IMG/VR virus record: IMGVR_UViG_3300046468_002660
From: a virus
Direction: 5' to 3' (one strand)
DNA length: 64,000 nt
The notes beneath the pieces were generated by a model. The model had not been told where the DNA came from. It ran no database searches and was given only the letters and a program-made list of their open reading frames with translations. This document shows, piece by piece, positions 1 through 8,796 of this stretch. The number at the start of each line of letters is the position of its first letter. The first letter of the stretch is position 1. A program made the position numbers and the translations under genes.

Positions 1-120
1 CCTACAGTTGCAACACAAGTTGTGCCTACAGTTGCAACACAAGTTGTGCCTACAGTTGCAACACAAGTTGTGCCTACAGTTGCAACACAAGTTGTGCCTA
101 CAGTTGCAACACAAGTTGTG
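1..120 (+). repeat. 24-bp coding tandem repeat CCTACAGTTGCAACACAAGTTGTG x5 (continues upstream of window)
   Basis: Five exact copies, in frame (PTVATQVV). Confidence 0.97.
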
Positions 121-3100
121 CCTACAGCTCCAACAGCTCCTACAGTTCCGACGGCTGTTACTCCTGTTACAGCTGCTACTTTTGTTCCAGTCACTTTAGG
201 TCCTCCAGCCACTTTTGTTCCAGTTACTTTAGGCCCTCCAGTCACTTTAGTTCCAGTGACGGCTGTGACTCTTGCTCCCCCAGCTACTGCTGTCACTCAA
301 CCTCCACCCCCTACTGTTGTCACTCAAGCTCCTCCAGGTACTGTTGTTACTCAACCTCCTCCTACTAATACTTCGGCGGTTTCTACTCCAGGCGGTACTG
401 CGCCTACTCCAGGTGGCGAACCAGGAACCCCAGGACCTCCAGGAACACCTGGTACTGGAATATCAGGAACAACCACGCCTGGTGAAGGACAACCAGGAAC
501 AGGAATTCCTGGCACAGGAGCGCCTGGAACCCCAGGAACAGGAGTTGGAGATGGTGGCGGAGATGGTGATGGAGATGGAAGTGGAGATGATGATGATGGA
601 GATGGAGATGGACCTGAGCCAACCCCAGTAGAAGAAATTCCAACTCCTGTTGAAACAATTGTTGTTACCGAGACGCCTGCAGATACACCTGAACCAACAC
701 CCACTCCCACACCAATTCCTTGCTGTGAAGATGCGAGTGCGCAGTGCTTGCTTCCAGGTGGTGTTAATTTAGCTTGGGATGGAGTATGTGGTGATAGTGA
801 GATTATCTGGAGACTTGAAGGTGGTAGCTGGAAACCTAACTTCGTCAGCGCTGGTGCAAGTGAGAACATTATAGTTTACAAAGTAAATTGGAAATCTCCT
901 GAAGATTTAGGGGATCTAACAGATGAAGAGTTTAATTTTTGCTGCGGTTTTCAAAAAAGTGGTGACCCGTTAACAGCAGAGCAAGAAATAGAAGCTGAAT
1001 ACTATGGCGGGAAATGGGATGTTACTCAATATAACCCTGGTAGTGGAGAGGCTTGTGATTATATGAGTGTTGAGCTAAATACAGCTATGTATCTTGCCTT
1101 AGGGTTTGATGAAGAAGGTAATCGGAAAGAAGGAAATGCAGGGGCTATTGATGCCAGAAAAATGTTTCAACATGATTATAGTGAGAATCTAATTCCTAAT
1201 CCGAACGATTCACAATCAACTAATAAATTTTATGACGAAGCTATTTACAACGCAAGAATCACAAAGCTCTTTTCTGGTGGTGATTTTGGAAAATGTGTAG
1301 ATGCTGAGTCTGAGTATGTTCAATTAAGTTCTCTAACAAATATTAAAGTTAGCACCATATCTTTAGGTCCTACAGGTTTTAATGCTAACATTGGAGAGAA
1401 TACATTAAACATAGGCAGGTGCGGTTTTAAAAACCCAGCTCCAGAAGCGGGTGACGATGGTTGTGAAGCTAAAGGCGAAGCTCAAATCGTAAAAATAAAA
1501 CAAAGAAAACAAATCAAAGAAGTTAGTTTTTGCGGAAACACAAGCTTATGGGCTAGTTGCGAAGTTTTTCGAGACGTATGGGTGCCAGATTGTTTGTATA
1601 ATTACTATGTGGGTGAAGACTGTACATACATAAAAGAAGAAGTGGATCCGTTCACAATTGAAACTCAACTTGAAGACGAGTTATCTTTTCAATATGGTGG
1701 AGGTCGAGGAAAAAAGAAACCAAAAGAATACACATCCGATTACACAGCTGATATAAAAATTGAATTATGCACAGGAAATTTAAATCTTGAAATTAAATTT
1801 GGCAAAAAGTTGCCTCGTCAAAATTTGAACCTGCCTTTCACGCTTGATAGTAATATATTTGGAGTAGATAACACAACAAAGACAATATCTGCTATTTTTG
1901 CAACGCAAGAGGATGAAAATGGCAACTCGATCTCTTTTCAAAATGGTGCTTTGTATACAGCTGTTGTTCAAGATGGTGAAAATCTTGAGGGCTGGCCAAA
2001 AGACGAATTCCCGAATACAGGTAGCGGATGCCGATTAGAAATTGCTTATTGTGTCACCGTAGTTTCAAAAGATGTCAACTCGAATCCCTTTTTGGGTACG
2101 GGTACATTTTTCAACATCATTCAGCAGATTCAATATGCTATTGAAGCTGATGACCCTTGCGCGAAAAAGATACAAGAAGATATTAATAAAAAGCTAGAGG
2201 GTGGCGATATAGCTTCTCTCTTTAAACGTTTTCCTTTTGTTACCGCCAATAACATCATTAATGTTCTTGGGGGTTACAATGGAAATGGTTTTGATCAAAT
2301 TACAAATTTTCAAGAATTAGATGATTATCTCCAAGAAGTTCAAACATTTGTCAATCTTTTTTATGTAGATGTTTTTGTTTCTAAAATGCAACAAGCTAGG
2401 CGAGAAATAATAGAGAGAGAGGATCTTAACGCTGGAGAGACGAGCGTGACGGATATTTTTAACAATTACTTGAACAATTCAGAAGACCCTTATTTTAATA
2501 ACTTCTGGGATGACATTTACAATGCTTTAAGTGAGACAGCTCCAGAAAATTTCTTATTGACTAGTCCTGCTATTCCTGACTTAAGAGAGGGTACACCCGA
2601 TGACAATATTGGAAAGGCCAATAGCGATTACCGATTTTCTTATGTCGCATCAATTTCCATGTTGAATTTTGAAGGTCTTGCTGAGTTGCTCGATCTCGGG
2701 CTTGGCGATAACAGACCTGTACCAATCACTCTTGAAGCTGTTTGCCCTAAAACGTTAAATTCAGAATACTGGTATCTTCCTGATTCTAACTCAGAATTTC
2801 AAGATGGGTATGACTGGGAATACCAGCAATCAACGCCTTTTGGAAGAATCGTGGCTGCACACGATTTTATATCAAGCATTTCGCTTATTATTGGTTGTCT
2901 TTGCGGTCAAGCAGCTAAAATCTCTGGCGTTCTTAAATTCCACGAAACAATCGATTTAAACGCCGAATGGCTCAAGCTTATCGATTCAACTGGATATTCT
3001 CTAGAAGATTTAAGCGGTTTATGTAGCTTGACTAGTATACCTTTAAGTCACATACATTACCCTATTGAATCAGGAAAATCAGAGCCTGAGGAAGGAACGG

Positions 3101-3246
3101 AGCCAGAGAATTGTTTACAGATCTCTATAGAAGGTTTTGATCCTAACAAGGATTTCAAAATAGAGGCGCCTGTCAGCAAACCCAAATATGGAACCAAGGA
3201 TCCAGTTACAATAAAAGTTAAAATTGCAAATATTGTAGGCGATTAA
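1..3246 (+). CDS. Large Pro/Thr/Gly-repeat, acidic, Cys-rich protein (5'-truncated; probable virion/surface protein)
   Basis: Frame open from base 1; PTVATQVV repeats, then PGT/GDG low-complexity tracts and a PTPTP linker, then ~840 aa acidic Cys-rich region; no catalytic motif recognised. Confidence 0.6.
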   Translation, partial: PTVATQVVPTVATQVVPTVATQVVPTVATQVVPTVATQVVPTAPTAPTVPTAVTPVTAATFVPVTLGPPATFVPVTLGPPVTLVPVTAVTLAPPATAVTQPPPPTVVTQAPPGTVVTQPPPTNTSAVSTPGGTAPTPGGEPGTPGPPGTPGTGISGTTTPGEGQPGTGIPGTGAPGTPGTGVGDGGGDGDGDGSGDDDDGDGDGPEPTPVEEIPTPVETIVVTETPADTPEPTPTPTPIPCCEDASAQCLLPGGVNLAWDGVCGDSEIIWRLEGGSWKPNFVSAGASENIIVYKVNWKSPEDLGDLTDEEFNFCCGFQKSGDPLTAEQEIEAEYYGGKWDVTQYNPGSGEACDYMSVELNTAMYLALGFDEEGNRKEGNAGAIDARKMFQHDYSENLIPNPNDSQSTNKFYDEAIYNARITKLFSGGDFGKCVDAESEYVQLSSLTNIKVSTISLGPTGFNANIGENTLNIGRCGFKNPAPEAGDDGCEAKGEAQIVKIKQRKQIKEVSFCGNTSLWASCEVFRDVWVPDCLYNYYVGEDCTYIKEEVDPFTIETQLEDELSFQYGGGRGKKKPKEYTSDYTADIKIELCTGNLNLEIKFGKKLPRQNLNLPFTLDSNIFGVDNTTKTISAIFATQEDENGNSISFQNGALYTAVVQDGENLEGWPKDEFPNTGSGCRLEIAYCVTVVSKDVNSNPFLGTGTFFNIIQQIQYAIEADDPCAKKIQEDINKKLEGGDIASLFKRFPFVTANNIINVLGGYNGNGFDQITNFQELDDYLQEVQTFVNLFYVDVFVSKMQQARREIIEREDLNAGETSVTDIFNNYLNNSEDPYFNNFWDDIYNALSETAPENFLLTSPAIPDLREGTPDDNIGKANSDYRFSYVASISMLNFEGLAELLDLGLGDNRPVPITLEAVCPKTLNSEYWYLPDSNSEFQDGYDWEYQQSTPFGRIVAAHDFISSISLIIGCLCGQAAKISGVLKFHETIDLNAEWLKLIDSTGYSLEDLSGLCSLTSIPLSHIHYPIESGKSEPEEGTEPENCLQISIEGFDPNKDFKIEAPVSKPKYGTKDPVTIKVKIANIVGD

Positions 3247-3301
3247 ATCTATTTTTTTCTTGCGTTTAGATTCTTTTTGTTTTAATATATAAAATATTTC
3301 C

Positions 3302-3679
3302 ATGCCTATATTCAATTTTGATTACAAAGATGTTTTGTCTAAAATTTTAATTTGCCCTACAGACAACAGAACAAAATCCGCAATAACATTTTGGAAAAAA
3401 GAAACTGGTTTTTTTAAAAAATTATACAAAAAATATCCAGACGATGGATTTTGGCGTAACATATCCTTAATAGATACACCTTGTACAAAAGGCAAAATCC
3501 CCAGCTTGGCTTTATTTTTTGACAAAAAAAATCTTTTGTGGAGCAAGATTTTGCACAAAAAATGGAAGACTTTTCATTGGTCTCCTCCACAGCATAAATC
3601 TTATAAGTTTCACAAAGATACAGACAAACCAATTAAACATAAACCAAAAAAGCGTAATCTTCGAGATTTTTTAAGTTGA
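3302..3679 (+). CDS. Hypothetical basic protein
   Basis: 125-aa Lys-rich ORF filling the gap before recA. Confidence 0.7.
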   Translation: MPIFNFDYKDVLSKILICPTDNRTKSAITFWKKETGFFKKLYKKYPDDGFWRNISLIDTPCTKGKIPSLALFFDKKNLLWSKILHKKWKTFHWSPPQHKSYKFHKDTDKPIKHKPKKRNLRDFLS

Positions 3680-3704
3680 CGTTTATAGAGTTGTGTGTTA
3701 TCAT
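3676..3704 (+). promoter_or_regulatory. sigma70-type promoter (leaderless) for recA
   Basis: TTGACG-N17-TATCAT with extended -10 TG; ATG at 3712 is 7 nt downstream. Confidence 0.7.
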
Positions 3705-3711
3705 AACGAAT

Positions 3712-4809
3712 ATGGAAACAAGTTATTCAGAAAATTTAATAGAAAAATTTTTAAAAGACAAAGATAATTCAAAATATCATTATAACAATTACGAAGAGCT
3801 AGATTATAAAATCCCAACAGGTAGTCTCAATTTGGATCTAGCTTTAAATGGAGGTTTTTGCTCTGGAGCTCATAGATTTACTGGGGTTAACGAAGGAGGT
3901 AAAACAAGTTGCGCTCTAACTGTTGCTAAAAATTTTCAAGAACATTTTAAAAAAGATGGAATGGTAATCTACGTAAAGAGTGAGGGTAGATTAAGTCCAG
4001 AGTTACTTACTAGATGCGGGGTAGATCAAAGCCCTCAGAAGTTTTTTAAATTTGACTGCAATGTTTACGAAAAAGTTTTTGAATTATTGCGGGAATTAAT
4101 TTCGGACAACCCAGAAAATAAAAAATATCTTTTTATCATCGATAGTGTTGATGCGCTGTGTCGATTATCTGACTACAATAAAGCGTTTGAAGATAGCGAA
4201 CAGGTTGCTGGAGGAGCTCTGATAACATCAGTTTTTTTAAAAAAAGTTATTTTACCTTTAACAAAAATGGGACACATGCTCATTTTAACATCTCAAGTTC
4301 GTGTTGAAGTTGCTACTAACCCATACGCTTCTCGAGGCGGTCCTAAGGTTAAACAAGCTGGTGGCAATGCAATTAAGCATTACGCAAATTTTATTTTAGA
4401 GTTTCAAGAAAGATATTCTACCGAAATAATGTACTCAAATCCTTCCGCTACTAGACTTGAAGACAAAGGTAACCCTATAGGTCATTACTGCAAAATTGTT
4501 TTTAGAAAAAGTGTCAATGAAAAAACTGGAGCTCAAGTAAAATATCCAATTAAATATGGCAGATCTGATGGTAATTCTATATGGACGGAAAAAGAAGTTA
4601 TTGATTTGATGAAAAACTGGGGCTACTTAGATCAAAAAGGCGCCTGGATTTCCATAGATGAAGACTTACATCTTAAACTAAAAGACAACAATTTTGATTT
4701 TCCTGAAAAAGTTCAAGGAGAGCAAAAAATCTTAGATATTTTAGAAAAAGATGTAAAATTAAGAGATTTTCTTTATAATTTATTAAAACAAGAAATTTTA
4801 AACGTTTAA
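3712..4809 (+). CDS. recA: RecA/UvsX-family recombinase
   Basis: IPTGSLNLDLALNGG, Walker A GVNEGGKTS, Walker B FIIDSVDAL, SQVR, GGNAIKHYA; start moved from 3676 to ATG 3712. Confidence 0.92.
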   Translation: METSYSENLIEKFLKDKDNSKYHYNNYEELDYKIPTGSLNLDLALNGGFCSGAHRFTGVNEGGKTSCALTVAKNFQEHFKKDGMVIYVKSEGRLSPELLTRCGVDQSPQKFFKFDCNVYEKVFELLRELISDNPENKKYLFIIDSVDALCRLSDYNKAFEDSEQVAGGALITSVFLKKVILPLTKMGHMLILTSQVRVEVATNPYASRGGPKVKQAGGNAIKHYANFILEFQERYSTEIMYSNPSATRLEDKGNPIGHYCKIVFRKSVNEKTGAQVKYPIKYGRSDGNSIWTEKEVIDLMKNWGYLDQKGAWISIDEDLHLKLKDNNFDFPEKVQGEQKILDILEKDVKLRDFLYNLLKQEILNV

Positions 4810-4811
4810 AA

Positions 4812-6536
4812 ATGACTACAAACACAAAACAAAAAGATAGACTCAATGCTGTAGAGGGAGAAATCATCCCTCAAACAAAAGATGAAGAAAAAAAAGCTCA
4901 ACTAATAGCTTTATTAACAGGATCTTCTCTAGAAGAACCCAAAGCTGAAGAACCTAAAGCTGAAGAACCCAAAGCTGAAGAACCCAAAGCTGAAGAACCC
5001 AAAGCTGAAGAACCCAAAGCTGAAGAACCCAAAGCTGAAAAGCCTTCAAAGTCTATTAGCAACAATAAAAAACGCAAAACAACAAACAAAAAAAATAAAA
5101 AAGTCAGAGACGATTTGATTGATTTATTAACAAAAGAAGATAAAACAAACAAACGATCTGATAGAGATGAAGTTCCAAAAGATTTTGCCTCACCCGATAG
5201 TTTTGATAAAGCTCGTGAAGTTATCAAATCTGATATAGAAAATTCGCTATATGAAAAACAAAAAAACTCTCTTATCGATTTAACCCTAAAGATAGTTCCG
5301 AAAGAATCTTTAATGGAATTCTACCAAGAAGTGCAGAAAGTTTCAGCGACGTCATTAAATTTAGAACTTCCGCCTGAAGTTATTAATCAATTTAAAAAGT
5401 CTAACGATCAAGATTTGGTGCTTGAGAAAAAAGAAGTCTCCATTAAGGCTCCGAAGAAAACAGAAACAAAGCGGAAGCGTACGGTTAATGATTCCCTTTT
5501 AATTCATTGGAATGGTCGCTTTGGCAACAGGATGCACACATATGCTTATCTACACAATAGAGCTAAAAAATTAGGCGGTGAAGTTTTTCTTCCCTCGGAT
5601 TGGGAGGGTAAGCATTTATTTAATTTAGATTATAAAATTGTTGAAGACGATGATTTTAGATTAGGAGTGAATCAGACTATACAACAGTTTGACACGCTAC
5701 AACATCGATTACAAGTTGTTGATGATTATAATGCTAGAACCAATTTTAATTTTAAGTATTGCAACCCTGACGACCCCACTCAAACTTATAAAGATTACAA
5801 AGGTGGCGTTTGCGTAGACAGTGTTTGCGCCTATCATCATAAAATCTTCGATGAAATGAATCTTTCTGATATTCTTAAACTCTATGAGTTTAACGATCAG
5901 GTTAAGAATTTAGATATGTATAAACGCCTTGAAGACAAACAAGGAACATATGATATAGCTCATTTACGAAGAGACGATATTTCAAATGTTAACTACAAGA
6001 AAAATGGAGGTTATTCAGTAATCTCTAAAGAGGCTTACTTAAAAGCTTTTAAAAAATTTGACTACAATCCAGACGAAATAGAGTGGACTACTGATGATTG
6101 GTCTAGTCAATGGGGAGTACCAAACTCCATTGAATCAGGTTTGATAAATCGCAGGGGTGGGTGGAATTACCCTACAGGTTCTGAAGTCATACCAGGCATA
6201 ATTTTTGATTGGCTTCCAGATTTTCTCAGGTTGTATTTTGCTCGTTCAATCTTTAGAGCTAATTCTTCATTTAGCTTTTGGGCATGTACTTTAGCTAAAG
6301 GAAGAGAAACTCCCCCTAGAATTTTTGCTCCACGCTTAGATAAAAGAGTCTTATATGCGAGCCAAGAAACTTATATGCAAGAAACTGAATTTGATTTTGA
6401 AGAAGGTAATCACCCTCACTGGCTTTGTATTACAGGAAAAGATAACTGCGACGATATTCTTTTTGCGGACGAGCCTAACCCAAAATTCACAAAAGGTAAG
6501 AAAAGAAAGAAGGTTAAAGGTAAGTTTAAATATTAA
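4812..6536 (+). CDS. Glycosyltransferase (GT11/alpha-1,2-fucosyltransferase-like) with long charged N-terminal extension
   Basis: GRFGNRMHTYA, HLRRDD and ANSSFSFWA resemble the three GT11 motifs. Confidence 0.65.
   Translation: MTTNTKQKDRLNAVEGEIIPQTKDEEKKAQLIALLTGSSLEEPKAEEPKAEEPKAEEPKAEEPKAEEPKAEEPKAEKPSKSISNNKKRKTTNKKNKKVRDDLIDLLTKEDKTNKRSDRDEVPKDFASPDSFDKAREVIKSDIENSLYEKQKNSLIDLTLKIVPKESLMEFYQEVQKVSATSLNLELPPEVINQFKKSNDQDLVLEKKEVSIKAPKKTETKRKRTVNDSLLIHWNGRFGNRMHTYAYLHNRAKKLGGEVFLPSDWEGKHLFNLDYKIVEDDDFRLGVNQTIQQFDTLQHRLQVVDDYNARTNFNFKYCNPDDPTQTYKDYKGGVCVDSVCAYHHKIFDEMNLSDILKLYEFNDQVKNLDMYKRLEDKQGTYDIAHLRRDDISNVNYKKNGGYSVISKEAYLKAFKKFDYNPDEIEWTTDDWSSQWGVPNSIESGLINRRGGWNYPTGSEVIPGIIFDWLPDFLRLYFARSIFRANSSFSFWACTLAKGRETPPRIFAPRLDKRVLYASQETYMQETEFDFEEGNHPHWLCITGKDNCDDILFADEPNPKFTKGKKRKKVKGKFKY
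4932..5036 (+). repeat. 15-bp coding tandem repeat GAAGAACCYAAAGCT x7 (EEPKA)
   Basis: Seven copies with one synonymous change. Confidence 0.97.
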
Positions 6537-6544
6537 ATGATTTC

Positions 6545-8794
6545 ATGAGTTTCGATTTATCAAAATTTAATCTTTTTAAGAAAAAAAATGTGACACAATC
6601 TTCGGCAGATTTAATCACCTCTCCCTTTCCGACTTTTTATGAAAAACAAAAACAATCTTCAGGTAAAAAAGTTATAAGTTTTTCATTATTTGGTTCAAAG
6701 CCTTTGTATTTTTTAGGTGCTGAATTAAATATTAAAGAAGCTAAAGAAATTTATCCTGATTTCATTTGTCGTTTTTACTGTACTCAAGATGTTCCTAATT
6801 TAGAAAAATTAAAATCTTTAGCCGAAGCTGGAGAGTGCGAGTTAATCGTTCCTGATTTATCGTCTCCTCCGATCTTTTGGAGGATTCTAGCTTGTGATGA
6901 CCCTCATATCGATGTCTGCCTCCAACGAGATTGCGATTCAATAGTTAACTATCGAGAAAAAGCGGCTGTTGATGCTTGGTTAAATTCAAGCAAGACACTA
7001 CATCTGATGCATGACTGTAAAAGAGGTCATTTTCATAAAGTTATGGCTGGCATGTGGGGAATCAAAAAAACAGATAAATTTAATTTTTCCAATGAGCTTA
7101 ATCAATTTTTTATTCAAAAAAAATATAAATCTTTTGACACAAAAACTGATTCAAAAAGTTGGGGCTCTGGAGTAGCTACGTATTTCGACGACCAATACTT
7201 CTTAAAAGATATTATGTTTAAGCAGTTTGAAGATGATTATTTGGAACATGGCGAAGAAAACCCCTTCCCAACTCATGAGCCAATTAATTATGGTTCCTTT
7301 GTTGGAGATCGCGTTCTAGCTACAGAAGTTTTAGATTTAGATAATTTTCTAGATAAAGAAACGATTTTCTTACAATCTCATTTAGCTATTGACGATCAAA
7401 TGCCTTTAAATGGAATGATAAGGTACTTTCATTCTTTAGGAAAAAAAATTATTTTTGCGGTCAGAGAGTCTAACTTAAATGTGATCAAGCATAGCCTTTC
7501 TGACCTCGAAAACCTTTCTTTTCACAAGTTGCTTGGTAATGATGATGGGATTGATTGGTATTTAAAAGATTATGACGTAAACAAAGTTGGCTTATTAGTT
7601 GTTGGTGGTGGAGGCAAACAAATACACGAAAACCTTGACTTCATAGACAAGTGTTATAAGCAAGCTGGACTTGACCCATCAATTCGTAAAAGTCATTCCT
7701 TCATTCCAAACAAAAGCTGTTCTCATTTAAGTCAAACTGAATCATTTATCATTGATAAATATAAAAAATTATATAATTCAATAATAGAGTTCAACCCTTT
7801 TAACAAAACAAACCCCGAGCTTTTTTCAATTACGAAAAATAAAAAAGTCCTCGCTTTTCATACGAATGAAATAGGAGTAAGGGGTTCAGAATGGGCTGCA
7901 TACAAATACGCTCATTACAATGAAACTTTGCTTGGTAATGATTCAATTTATATAGCTGGCCCTAAAACTTCTCAGTTTGAAAGACCCGAGTCCCACAAAG
8001 TTTTCTCTGAGCGATTTAAAGTTTACAGGTACGAACAATGGAGTGAAGTTGACGAAATTTTAAGAAACGAATCTGTTGATATTTTGTACATGCATAAAGG
8101 TGGTAGTAATGATGGCAAATTTTCAAACAGAGTTAGAACTTGTATACATGCTTGCTTTCAAATGCTAGACATTCATGGAGATCGTTATGCCTACAACTCT
8201 GAATGGTTGAGTCAAAAAATGTCTAATGGAGATGTTCCTTTCGTGCCTCTAATGGTTGATCTTTTTGAATCAAATTTAAATTTAAGATCAGAATTAAATA
8301 TTCCTGATGACGCTATTGTGTTTGGTCGCTTCGGAGGGCCAGATCAGTTTGATATTAAGTTTGTGCATGAAGCTGTTGAGCAAGTCTTAAAAGATAGAGA
8401 AGACGTATATTTTCTTTTTGGATTTACAAATCAGTTTATTAATCACCCACGTGTAATTTACCAACCTCCTTTCTGCGATGAAGTTTTTAAAACAAAATTT
8501 ATAAATACTTGCGATGCAATGCTTCATGCTAGACACATGGGAGAATCATTTGGTTTAGCTATAGCAGAGTTTTCCTCTAAAAATAAACCTGTTATTACAT
8601 ATCAAGGCGGCAACGACCAAGCTCATTTAGAGATGCTAAAAGATAAAGCTTTGTATTATACTAATAAAGAAGAAGTTTATACTATACTCAATAACTTTAC
8701 CAAAGAATTATCTTCTTTAAACTGGGATGCGTATTCTGAAAATTATAACCCAGAAATTGTTATGCAAAAATTTAAAGAAGTTTATATTAATTAA
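6545..8794 (+). CDS. Multidomain glycosyltransferase (N-terminal GT-like domain paralogous to 45906; C-terminal GT-B/GT4-like domain)
   Basis: ISFSLFG...FWR...RDCDS...REKAAV...AGMWG; C-terminal HARHMGESFGLAIAEF. Confidence 0.7.
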   Translation: MSFDLSKFNLFKKKNVTQSSADLITSPFPTFYEKQKQSSGKKVISFSLFGSKPLYFLGAELNIKEAKEIYPDFICRFYCTQDVPNLEKLKSLAEAGECELIVPDLSSPPIFWRILACDDPHIDVCLQRDCDSIVNYREKAAVDAWLNSSKTLHLMHDCKRGHFHKVMAGMWGIKKTDKFNFSNELNQFFIQKKYKSFDTKTDSKSWGSGVATYFDDQYFLKDIMFKQFEDDYLEHGEENPFPTHEPINYGSFVGDRVLATEVLDLDNFLDKETIFLQSHLAIDDQMPLNGMIRYFHSLGKKIIFAVRESNLNVIKHSLSDLENLSFHKLLGNDDGIDWYLKDYDVNKVGLLVVGGGGKQIHENLDFIDKCYKQAGLDPSIRKSHSFIPNKSCSHLSQTESFIIDKYKKLYNSIIEFNPFNKTNPELFSITKNKKVLAFHTNEIGVRGSEWAAYKYAHYNETLLGNDSIYIAGPKTSQFERPESHKVFSERFKVYRYEQWSEVDEILRNESVDILYMHKGGSNDGKFSNRVRTCIHACFQMLDIHGDRYAYNSEWLSQKMSNGDVPFVPLMVDLFESNLNLRSELNIPDDAIVFGRFGGPDQFDIKFVHEAVEQVLKDREDVYFLFGFTNQFINHPRVIYQPPFCDEVFKTKFINTCDAMLHARHMGESFGLAIAEFSSKNKPVITYQGGNDQAHLEMLKDKALYYTNKEEVYTILNNFTKELSSLNWDAYSENYNPEIVMQKFKEVYIN

Positions 8795-8796
8795 TC

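Noticed and set aside
1-120. Possible CRISPR array
   Set aside because: Head-to-tail 24-bp repeats without spacers, in frame within a CDS
8-869. Alternative-frame and antisense ORFs (8-199, 272-631, 351-869, 404-658)
   Set aside because: Shadows of the low-complexity repeat region of the long CDS
4932-5036. Resemblance of EEPKA repeats to the AEPKAE start of chlamydial tmRNA tags
   Set aside because: Short low-complexity match inside a CDS; coincidence
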